Assembly: GCA_965197905.1 (NCBI GenBank)
Contig: CBDAOB010000005.1
Location: forward strand, 1,600,001-1,664,000
Length of the DNA: 64,000 nucleotides
DNA from: Candidatus Latescibacterota bacterium
GTDB lineage: Bacteria; Latescibacterota; UBA2968; UBA8231
Direction: 5' to 3'
Part shown: one piece after another, positions 9,285 through 17,652 of the stretch
Layout: each line of letters opens with the position of its first letter
How positions within the stretch are numbered: the first letter of the stretch is position 1
The notes under the pieces: model-generated
Told to the model about the DNA's origin: nothing
Seen by the model: the letters and a program-made list of their open reading frames with translations, nothing else
Databases searched by the model: none
Made by a program: the position numbers and the translations under genes

Positions 9285-9872
9285 TTACTTGCTCATGGGA
9301 ATTGTGTCTCCTTGGAGGGAACGAATTCTTCGCAATACAACCTGAATGAGCACCATGTCGAGAATCGTTTCCACCAGCATGTAACTCCCATTGTACAAGA
9401 GTGAGTAGAGCCAAACCGGCTGTCCCTCAGGCGCAAACTGGGCCCAGAAAACGATTCCCGATACGAAATGGGCGCAAAATCGCAAGCCGCTCGACGCAAG
9501 AACCGCTGCACCGACTCTTAGGCGCAAAAAAACCAGTTGGCTCGATTCGTTGAGGGTGGCAATCCCGGTCAACCCTATAACCCCGAACGCGAGCGGATAG
9601 TCCAAGAGCAGCTGGGCCGGGTGAATAAAGTGCTGCTCTCGCACCAAAGCAACTATGCCGTACATGATACCGGCAACGCCCCCCACCTTCCATCCTCTGA
9701 GCAACGCCAGCACCATGACCGGCAGCATGGCGATGCTGACCGATCCCCCATACGGCAGTCGGGGCAACGGGACAGATTTCGAGAATACATCGAACACCGT
9801 CGCCAGGGCCACAACAATCGCCACTTGAGCGTGAATTCTCACTCTCGAACTATCTAACACACGGCCCGGCAC
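9285..9872 (-). CDS. thiT: ECF-type thiamine transporter S component
   Basis: LPYGGSVSIAMLP, HPAQLLLDYPLAF, HFVSGIVFW and YSLLYNGSY motifs. Confidence 0.9.
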   Translation of the reverse strand: MPGRVLDSSRVRIHAQVAIVVALATVFDVFSKSVPLPRLPYGGSVSIAMLPVMVLALLRGWKVGGVAGIMYGIVALVREQHFIHPAQLLLDYPLAFGVIGLTGIATLNESSQLVFLRLRVGAAVLASSGLRFCAHFVSGIVFWAQFAPEGQPVWLYSLLYNGSYMLVETILDMVLIQVVLRRIRSLQGDTIPMSK

Positions 9873-9914
9873 AGATATCCTATCTCATTGATAATATTTA
9901 ACTTGTGGATACTT

Positions 9915-10051
9915 GGAGCGAGGTGGGTCGATGTTGGGTGGCTGGGAAACCGGTCGCCACTTGAGGAGTCCTATCCTATGCGGACCATTCCGGTCATGGT
10001 TCGCATCCCTCCCTTGCGGCCAGGGGCAAATGCCCCTGGCCGCGACTTTTT
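9915..10051 (+). ncRNA. Candidate structured small RNA with its own terminator (family unknown)
   Basis: GAAA-capped 9-bp hairpin, 11-bp hairpin, closing GGAG/CTCC and a 12-bp terminator stem followed by TTTTT; G-U pairs favour the + strand. Confidence 0.55.
10016..10051 (+). terminator. Intrinsic terminator
   Basis: GCGGCCAGGGGC-AAAT-GCCCCTGGCCGC then GACTTTTT. Confidence 0.75.
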
Positions 10052-10078
10052 ATAATGCCGGCTTTCTGGATCATCGAC

Positions 10079-11104
10079 TCAGTTCGTGCGCTGGACGATG
10101 ATAAATCCGAGAGGAACCTCGACGACGTCGCTTATGGCGCCGATGCCAAGTCCCAAGACAGCTTCCTCGAACTGGGGAAGCAGATCACCGGAGCCGAAGA
10201 AGTCGGTATCACCTCCATAAGGCGCGTTAGCCGCTATGGAGAACTGTTCAGCCATTCTGCCAAAGTCATCCCCATTCTCCGCCCTCATACGCAAATCCCT
10301 CGCCTCGGCCTCCGTCTTAACCAAGATATAGCGCGCTCGCATCTTGCCGTCCATAATGGCGCGCACCGCCTCGATCTGAAGATTCAAGGTGTGCATCTCC
10401 ATGGCGTTCTTGGCCTTGGCTTTGGCGCGCCTGTAATATTCGAGGGCCAGCCCGTATTTCCGTTCCTGGGCGTAGAGGAATGCAATGTTGTTGTGGGCTT
10501 CCAAATCGTCTGGAAAAGATTGAATGATGCTCTCGAAGTGGCGGCGTGCCATGGTGAGAGAATCTTGTTCCGTGTAGTAAAAGCCGAAGAATCTATGAGC
10601 TTCGGGATTCGCTGAATCAATGAGCAACGCTGTATCCAGATGTGCTTTGGCGTTTTTGAGATCTCCCGCCTTCAAATACAGACCACCCAGGGAGCTTCGC
10701 ACCATCGTAGCGTTTGGCGCCAGCTGCAACGCCTGCTCGACGTAATGAATTGCTGAATCCAGGCGACTTTGCGCCAGATAGGTTTCACCCAGCTTAGAGT
10801 AGATTGGAAGTTGGCCGGGTTGTTCGCGCAGCGACCTGTGAAATGTATCAACCGCTTTGGCAAACTGTTCACTCCGCAAATAGAGTTCACCCATTCGATT
10901 CAAGAAGCGCGCGCTTCCGGCTCCGGCGGCCAACGCACTCTCGTATTCGACCAGGGCCTCCTCCAGCAAACCCCTCGTCGCGAGGCTATCACCCAGCAAG
11001 GTGTGTCTCACCATGGGAGGTTCTTCCGCCGCAGCGGGAACCCCGCTGCAGAAAAGAAGCGCGAAGGCCAGAGCTATCATTTGTGTCAGAGGTGTTGTGG
11101 TCAT
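10079..11104 (-). CDS. Secreted TPR protein with C-terminal parvulin-type PPIase domain
   Basis: Signal peptide; several TPRs; RARYILVKTEAEA...FGRMAEQFS...GGD...LGFIIVQR. Confidence 0.85.
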   Translation of the reverse strand: MTTTPLTQMIALAFALLFCSGVPAAAEEPPMVRHTLLGDSLATRGLLEEALVEYESALAAGAGSARFLNRMGELYLRSEQFAKAVDTFHRSLREQPGQLPIYSKLGETYLAQSRLDSAIHYVEQALQLAPNATMVRSSLGGLYLKAGDLKNAKAHLDTALLIDSANPEAHRFFGFYYTEQDSLTMARRHFESIIQSFPDDLEAHNNIAFLYAQERKYGLALEYYRRAKAKAKNAMEMHTLNLQIEAVRAIMDGKMRARYILVKTEAEARDLRMRAENGDDFGRMAEQFSIAANAPYGGDTDFFGSGDLLPQFEEAVLGLGIGAISDVVEVPLGFIIVQRTN

Positions 11105-12801
11105 GCCGTGCCGAACCGTTCCAGAAAGGTTCGTTCGGACTCCACGCTTCCGATGAGCACCATTTCTCCTCCCGCTGGGAACGGTGCGGTTGGCTCGGGG
11201 TTGGTCTTGAGGGTGCTGTCGTCACCCACCGCGATGACGGTGCAACCAGATTGACGCCGAATCGAGGAGCCCGAAATGCTTTTCCCAACCAGGCTCGAAG
11301 GCACCTTGACCTTGAAGACTTCGAGGCCTTCATCAACGAGGACAGTTGCGGTTCTTTCGAGGGTGCTCAAGATCGCGTTAGCCCCCATCGAAGCGTAGGA
11401 CAACACAAAATCAGCTCCGGCCTCGTGCATCTTCGTGGCGTTGCGCTCGAGAGCGGAACGACTGACGATCTGAATTTCGGGACATAGACTGCGACAATAC
11501 ATCGTCAGATACAGGTTCACATCGTCGTCGTGGGTCGTTATGACAACGCTTGGCGCATCGTGAATTCCTGCCTTCTCCAACACTGCTCGTTCGGCCGCAT
11601 CCCCATGTATGTAGTTGCTCTCTTCCTTCAAACGCTCGGCCACCTTCTCCACAATGCATGATTGGACCCCAATCTCCTTCAGGGCTTTAGCGGTAGCACG
11701 ACCGACCCGCCCCCCACCTAATACGACTATCGGAGAATCGGAGCTGTCATGGGTACGATAAAGTCGGTTAAACTCCTCTATTTGATGGCGGCTACCGGCC
11801 AACACCAATACGGTCTCGCTATCCATCGTGCTACCCGGTAGCGCGGGTTCGAATCGACCTCGCTCCCAAACGCCCGCGATACTCAAGCCGAGGTTCCTTC
11901 GCAAGCCAATTTCTTGCAGCGTTTTACCGACCAGAGTAGTCCCCGCCAGGTTTGCCTCGGCAATCGCCAGCTCATCAAATTCTCCGATCACACTGGCTGG
12001 CACTGCGCTAATCCTCGCGTGCCTTGCCAGACTGGTCCCCATCATTTCGTTCAGCTGCAGGATCTTGTCGACACCCGCAAACTCCAGGATGTCGACCGAG
12101 GCAGGTTCTGTTGCGGTGCCAACCAGCGAGACGGTAGATGAAACCTGCCGGACGATAAAAGAAAGATTGGCGTTAGTAACGTCACTTCCAGTCATGACCA
12201 CCATCGCGGCGGAGTCCACGTTTACGTTCCGGTAGGTGGCGGCGTCGTCCAGATAGCCGGTCACAACATTCATTCCAAGATCTGACAGGCGGGAAGCCTC
12301 AGACGCATCTGCAACCAGGAGAACGTGGTCGTAATGGTGTTGACCGAGCTTGGTGATGAGCGAGCTACTTACCGGGTCGTAATGGGTCAGGAGAACGTGG
12401 CCTTTTACATCGCTCGATAGCTTCCGTGGGGTGCGGAATGCGGATTGGGTTTCAATCCATGGCAGATATATGAACTGGATGACGGTGAACGGCAACAGTA
12501 TCAGAACGAAAACGGTTCCAGACAGCAGGACCATCATCGAAAACATGCGGCCCGCCGTACTGTTGAATGTGACATCCCCGAAACCAAGCGTTGACATCAC
12601 GGTCAGCGTCCAATACACACCGGTAAACCAGCTGTATTCTCTGCCTTCTCTCTCCATGAACGTATGAAACAAGATGCTGTATGTGGCCACCATTGCGCCG
12701 ACGGCGAGCAACAACATCAACAGGATAATGATGTTTCTCCTGCTGGTGCGGTTTCCGATGAAATCGGAGAGGTGGGCGAAAAAGTTTTGTAGATTTGTCA
12801 T
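11101..12801 (-). CDS. Potassium channel with tandem TrkA-N/TrkA-C (RCK) domains
   Basis: TLGFGD selectivity filter; GGGRVG Rossmann motif; two TrkA-C-like segments. Confidence 0.9.
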   Translation of the reverse strand: MTNLQNFFAHLSDFIGNRTSRRNIIILLMLLLAVGAMVATYSILFHTFMEREGREYSWFTGVYWTLTVMSTLGFGDVTFNSTAGRMFSMMVLLSGTVFVLILLPFTVIQFIYLPWIETQSAFRTPRKLSSDVKGHVLLTHYDPVSSSLITKLGQHHYDHVLLVADASEASRLSDLGMNVVTGYLDDAATYRNVNVDSAAMVVMTGSDVTNANLSFIVRQVSSTVSLVGTATEPASVDILEFAGVDKILQLNEMMGTSLARHARISAVPASVIGEFDELAIAEANLAGTTLVGKTLQEIGLRRNLGLSIAGVWERGRFEPALPGSTMDSETVLVLAGSRHQIEEFNRLYRTHDSSDSPIVVLGGGRVGRATAKALKEIGVQSCIVEKVAERLKEESNYIHGDAAERAVLEKAGIHDAPSVVITTHDDDVNLYLTMYCRSLCPEIQIVSRSALERNATKMHEAGADFVLSYASMGANAILSTLERTATVLVDEGLEVFKVKVPSSLVGKSISGSSIRRQSGCTVIAVGDDSTLKTNPEPTAPFPAGGEMVLIGSVESERTFLERFGTA

Positions 12802-12880
12802 TCAAGAGGTCGTTGGAAACGGCATTCTCGCCTGGCTGTGGTCGTCGCGGCACACGGCTTCGTAACCTACGCTATTCCTT

Positions 12881-13831
12881 TCACATTGGTGGAATGCCCG
12901 CTTGCTCTCTTCCATCCATCCGGGATACAGGTAGAAACCGGTACACGATGAGCGCTCCGCCGACGATGCCCGGAAGCAGCACATTGATCATAAACAGGAT
13001 AACAGCCGCACCAAACGCGGGAACAGGCTCCAACTCAAGCATCGTAAAAACCAGAACCGCGACGCCCTCGCGCACGCCCAGATCCATGAATGCGATCGGA
13101 AGCAACGACTTCAACCCGAAGATAAGCGGAATCGCCCACACGGCCTTCGCGTCAACCGGGCCCCAGCTGTGCAACAGAAGATAGAACTGAGCACAAAAAA
13201 TAAGATTGAACAGCACCGAAAAGAAAACCACCCGAATCCAGAGCCTCCTGGAGACGGAACCAACCACCGCCACGGCACGCCTGCCCCGTGTGCTGCGACT
13301 GAACAGGGCAACCAGTCTTCGCCGCATGATCCAGATAGCGGCAACCGCTGCCGTCGATACGGCAACAGCTATCAGCCCCATCCGGGGGAATAGAATAACG
13401 GCACTGACACTTGCCAGCAGCACGGTAACTGCAAATGATATCGTTCGATCGAGCGCTGCCAGAACCGAGATCTCGAATCGATCGCCCTCCATAAAGACGC
13501 CGCGTCCTACTTCGCCAAGACGTCCTGGTGAGGCCATGCCAAGGGCGAAACCCACGAAAAGGCTGTTCAAGCTCGACCGAGAGCTGCACGCAGAAATTTG
13601 GTTCTGAACGAGTAGGTGCCACTTGTTCCACTGAACGAAAATGATCGGTCCGACCAGAACGCAGGCCGCGGCAATCCACGGGACTTCGACGCGTTGGGCC
13701 GATCCGACAATGGCAACCGGACCCAAGAGATAGACAACCGACCCAAGGATCAGGGCCGTCGCAACAACCTTGCTGTATGCCAGAAATTTTCGTGGAGGGT
13801 GGTTCACGAAATGGCCGCGTATCGACCTCAC
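12881..13831 (-). CDS. Lysylphosphatidylglycerol synthase TM / flippase-like (UPF0104) protein
   Basis: Multi-TM; PGRLGEVGR and LPIAFMDLGVRE motifs. Confidence 0.85.
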   Translation of the reverse strand: MRSIRGHFVNHPPRKFLAYSKVVATALILGSVVYLLGPVAIVGSAQRVEVPWIAAACVLVGPIIFVQWNKWHLLVQNQISACSSRSSLNSLFVGFALGMASPGRLGEVGRGVFMEGDRFEISVLAALDRTISFAVTVLLASVSAVILFPRMGLIAVAVSTAAVAAIWIMRRRLVALFSRSTRGRRAVAVVGSVSRRLWIRVVFFSVLFNLIFCAQFYLLLHSWGPVDAKAVWAIPLIFGLKSLLPIAFMDLGVREGVAVLVFTMLELEPVPAFGAAVILFMINVLLPGIVGGALIVYRFLPVSRMDGREQAGIPPM

Positions 13832-13898
13832 CCTTTCAGAGGGGGGTTTCGCACACCAAGATACGAGGCGTGAAGTCCGATTGTCAATGTATGCCAGC

Positions 13899-13928
13899 TT
13901 GACATGCTGAGTGCGAGAGCGGTAAGTT
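13899..13928 (+). promoter_or_regulatory. Sigma-70-type promoter for the cytochrome-porin gene; a divergent TTGACA lies nearby on the minus strand
   Basis: TTGACA-N18-TAAGTT. Confidence 0.45.
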
Positions 13929-13965
13929 TGGACTATTGCGCTCCAAACCCAAAGAAAGATGGACT

Positions 13966-15108
13966 ATGGGAAACCACCGAATGGAAATCTGCTTAATTCG
14001 TGCAATCGCGATCTGCTTGTTGATCGCATGTGCCCTTCCCCTTCAGTTACACGCCGAGCCGTATTTTGCGTTTCGAGAAGGGTACAAGTGCAGCACCTGC
14101 CACGTGAACAAGACGGGTGGTGGCAAACGAAACGAGTATGGATCGTCATTCACCCAGACAGAATTCTCGCCCATCCTGGAAGCTGCCTCGGAAAACGCTC
14201 TCGATTTTTCAACCGATATTGGCGAAAGCTTTTCACTAGGGATGGATTTCATGATCGTGCACGAAACCCTTTTTTCGGTAGAGGAATCGATCGATGAAGG
14301 CGGTCGGAACGAGGTATACGAGCAAGACGGGGGGAACTCCTTCGATGTTCGCAGCGGCAACCTGTATATCGAGGCACAGCTGCTGCCGGACATTTTGACC
14401 TTGTACCTAGATGAAACGGTTTCGCCAACCGGAGCCTCGAACCGAGAAGCGTTTATCTTATACGACAATCTTCCGCATGGAGGGTACGTCAAGGCCGGAC
14501 GCATGTTGCTGCCTTACGGCATTCGGCTGTGGGATGATGATGCTTTCATTCGCCAGATCACCGGATTCAACTACGACAATCAAGACCTAGGTTTCGAGGT
14601 TGGTGTCGAACCAGGCATGTTCAGCTTGAGTCTGGCTTTGAGCAACGGAACTCAGGGCGCTCGCGACGACAACACCTCCAAACAGATTTCTTCTACCGGC
14701 TCGATCATTGTTGAAAATTTCGTTGTCGGCGGCTCTTTCTCATTGAACAAATCCCGCGGTATCGAGCGAACCCTGTTTGGTCCCTACGCTGCAATGCGGG
14801 CAGGTCCGCTTACCCTTATGGGAGAGGCCGACTGGATAGATGAGTCCCCCGGCGGTCAGGAGTTCGTTTTTTACACCAGCGCCGAACTGTGGTTGCGCGA
14901 AAGCCTAAATGTGCGGGCGGCCTTTGACTACTGGGACCCGTTTGACGGGATCTCCGAGGACGAACGAAGTCGAATTTCGGTAGGTGTAAATGCGTTCCTG
15001 ACGCCGTCTCTCGAAGCAAGCGCCTATTACAAGCTGAAGGAGAGCGTGCCGCAGGATGTTCCTGGTAATGCCGACGCATTGACCCTGTCGCTTCACAGCT
15101 TCTTCTAG
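13966..15108 (+). CDS. Monoheme cytochrome c fused to an outer-membrane beta-barrel (Cyc2-like architecture)
   Basis: Signal peptide ending LHA; EPYFAFREGYKCSTCH heme motif; alternating beta-strand pattern; terminal Phe. Confidence 0.75.
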   Translation: MGNHRMEICLIRAIAICLLIACALPLQLHAEPYFAFREGYKCSTCHVNKTGGGKRNEYGSSFTQTEFSPILEAASENALDFSTDIGESFSLGMDFMIVHETLFSVEESIDEGGRNEVYEQDGGNSFDVRSGNLYIEAQLLPDILTLYLDETVSPTGASNREAFILYDNLPHGGYVKAGRMLLPYGIRLWDDDAFIRQITGFNYDNQDLGFEVGVEPGMFSLSLALSNGTQGARDDNTSKQISSTGSIIVENFVVGGSFSLNKSRGIERTLFGPYAAMRAGPLTLMGEADWIDESPGGQEFVFYTSAELWLRESLNVRAAFDYWDPFDGISEDERSRISVGVNAFLTPSLEASAYYKLKESVPQDVPGNADALTLSLHSFF

Positions 15109-15130
15109 CCGCAATCGTCTCGTCCTGCCG

Positions 15131-16834
15131 TCAGGCGGAATCCTTTTCTTCCGGCAGGAGCGCCGGCTCGACGATCAAGGATTTTTCGCGGCGCAGATGT
15201 GCCAACCCCGATGCCCCGCCCTTCGGACGCGTGACATACTTCACCTGGGTAAAGACGACGGAAACCTTTTTCGCCGTCCTTCCCTTGCTCCAATAGGCCG
15301 CAACCCCGGCCGCTTCCTCAAGCGTTCGGCGATCCGGACTCTCTTTGCGGCCTTCCAATCGCAGAACGACGTGCGAGCCGGCGTAGCCGTGCGCGTGGAA
15401 CCAGACGTCGTTCTGCGCCGCGACCTTGTGGGTAAGAATGTCATTTTCCCAATTGTTGCGACCCGCCCAGACGCTCCATCCCGTCGTCGTTCGGTAGCGC
15501 CGGGGATGGGCATCCTGTTTCTGCTGCTTCCTCTGCTGCGCCACGTCCTCGTCACCGTATTTCTTCGTCAGGGCGATCGCTTCCTCTGACTCCGGATCCC
15601 GCTCGATCTCGTCTAACTCCAGTTTGATCGTGCATTCTTCTTGCTGCATCCGTTTCAAACGACATGGCAAGATTTCCAATCGCCTGGTGTACCTTGCCGC
15701 CCTCTTTAGATAGCCCGCTGCGTTTGCTGCCGGGGATTGGGTCGGATCCAGGTCAATCGAGATCTCCCGCTCCGACTCGTCGAAAATGTCACGTACTATG
15801 ACTTCCGTCATACCCGGTTCCGCGAGATCCAGCTGCGCCATGAGCGAGTGCCCCATCCGCTGCGCGACATCGGCGTCGGCAGCCTCCTCCAGATCTCTTT
15901 CCAATGCCGCGATAGTACGCGACTTCCGACGCAAGTCCGCCTTCAGGCGTTTCTTCAAGCCCAGTCCCAGGGTTCCCGTTTTGCCAGCGGCTGCGGTTCT
16001 GGCTTCACATTCTGAAATCGCCGCGCTGATCGAGGACATTGCCGTCACCCCATCGCTGAGACGAGTTGGCTGCAACCCTGAAAAACGCCATTGCTCGTTT
16101 TCGAACCAACAGTACCCTCCTATTCCGGTCTCCCGATAGGCCGCACGCAATACGCTCCAGAGTCTTTCGAGGTCGTCACCCCTTACGGCGGACGCGCGGC
16201 TTCCTGCATCGATGCCGGCGCGAAACAGAAATTCCTTCGCCGCGTCTCCGTCGATAAGTGCGAGGCCGCGCACTAGGGCCAGGCGAATATCATCAGATCC
16301 TTGACGCATGCGCCTGACGAATCCTGCTTCCTCCTCGTCGGGTGGAAAGATCCGCTCCCTCGCGGGCGGACCCACGTACGGAGCATCCACAACAACCCGC
16401 TGCGCCGCCGCCGATCTTTGAGCTGTCGGCCATTTTCCCAATACCACACCCGACTCCTCACTGAGCAGAACCGCCTGGCTTCGCTTCGGCAGTAGCTCGA
16501 AAACCAGTCTGCCATGGGTGACGCGCTCGGAACGATCGATCCGTTGCAGGCGGAGCGCAAGAATTCGATCGGGCCCTGTCATCGAGACCTCGACGATTAT
16601 TGCGCGTAGCAGATATCGCCAGGGGTGTTCCCGATTGGCCGGTGGCACCCGACCTTCTTTGGCGGCCAGAAAGAGGGCTCCCCTTCTGGTAAACCGCAAG
16701 ATCTGCTCTTCCCGTGCGAATCCCCCCAATTCCAGAACGTCGTCTGCGACGCGGGCGTGACAGATGGTTTCCGTCGCGATCTGCTGCCGCAGTTCTTGCG
16801 CCAGGTTTCTCAGGGTACAGTAGTCGTAGGCCAC
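15131..16834 (-). CDS. rqcH: RqcH/NFACT (FbpA-like) ribosome quality-control protein
   Basis: DRIL motif, coiled coil, GRNNWENDILT...WFHAHGYAGSHV...AAYWSK NFACT-R domain. Confidence 0.88.
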   Translation of the reverse strand: MAYDYCTLRNLAQELRQQIATETICHARVADDVLELGGFAREEQILRFTRRGALFLAAKEGRVPPANREHPWRYLLRAIIVEVSMTGPDRILALRLQRIDRSERVTHGRLVFELLPKRSQAVLLSEESGVVLGKWPTAQRSAAAQRVVVDAPYVGPPARERIFPPDEEEAGFVRRMRQGSDDIRLALVRGLALIDGDAAKEFLFRAGIDAGSRASAVRGDDLERLWSVLRAAYRETGIGGYCWFENEQWRFSGLQPTRLSDGVTAMSSISAAISECEARTAAAGKTGTLGLGLKKRLKADLRRKSRTIAALERDLEEAADADVAQRMGHSLMAQLDLAEPGMTEVIVRDIFDESEREISIDLDPTQSPAANAAGYLKRAARYTRRLEILPCRLKRMQQEECTIKLELDEIERDPESEEAIALTKKYGDEDVAQQRKQQKQDAHPRRYRTTTGWSVWAGRNNWENDILTHKVAAQNDVWFHAHGYAGSHVVLRLEGRKESPDRRTLEEAAGVAAYWSKGRTAKKVSVVFTQVKYVTRPKGGASGLAHLRREKSLIVEPALLPEEKDSA

Positions 16835-16882
16835 TGAATAGGAAAGGAAGAAACGCGTGGGTGTACAGCAGGTTCGTTCAGG

Positions 16883-17637
16883 CTACTCCCAAACGATCAC
16901 TTCGATGCGTCGATTGAGCGTTTTGTTCTCTTTCGTGGTATTGTCGACCATGGGGCGCTCTTCACCGTACCCTTTGGCCTCGACCATGGCAGGCCTGATG
17001 AACTCATAGGTGTCGATGAGATACTGCCGTACCAATTTCGCCCGCTTCTCGGATAGCTTCTGATTGCCTTCAAGTTCTCCGTCAGAGTCGGTGTGCCCTT
17101 CAAGCACTAGCTTTGAAGGCGCAAAATTCTTCACGAAGTCTGCCACCTTATCGAACTCCTCAGCAACTCCGGGTTTCAGATCGGCTTTGCCAGGGTCGAA
17201 CAAGACGCTCGAATCTATGATCAGCCGCGGCACTACCAGGTCGTTCTTGAGCGCGGTCTTGTATTTGATACGCGGGTGGGAGATGGCGTACGGATTGGCT
17301 GCAAACCGCCCCAGCGACGAGCCATTTTGCGAATCGATGATGGTCATCGTACCAATATACAGTCGCACCATGAGATTCAGCTCCGCGCTGAGCCTCTTCT
17401 CTCGATACACGTTGAGCACGTCCCCCCCCTATTGATGCTCGACTCGAACCCCTTGCTGATGTAATACTCCCGCTTCTGAGCCAGGCTGTCAGGCAGGTCG
17501 CCTCCGTCGACCGTCTTTAGCGCCACCAGAATCCGGGGCGGGTCGAACTGGCTATAGCTGTGCTCATTGGTGCCGCACAGGACCACAAGGCACAGAAACA
17601 TCTTCCCTAAAGATCGACCGCTCCTCAAAGGTGCCAT
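16883..17637 (-). CDS. Exported OmpA-family peptidoglycan-binding protein, frameshifted at a G8 tract (17422-17429)
   Basis: Signal-peptide ORF 17377..17637 joins ORF 16883..17419 as ...SINRG(G)DVLNVYRE if the tract is G6 or G9; EGHTD, LSEKRA and NRRIE motifs. Confidence 0.8.
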
Positions 17638-17652
17638 GGCGACTTTTCCCAG

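Noticed and set aside
9873..10078. TPP riboswitch upstream of thiT
   Set aside because: No CTGAGA or CCTGA...AATxCxxGCGxAGG core on the thiT strand; the hairpins present favour the opposite strand.
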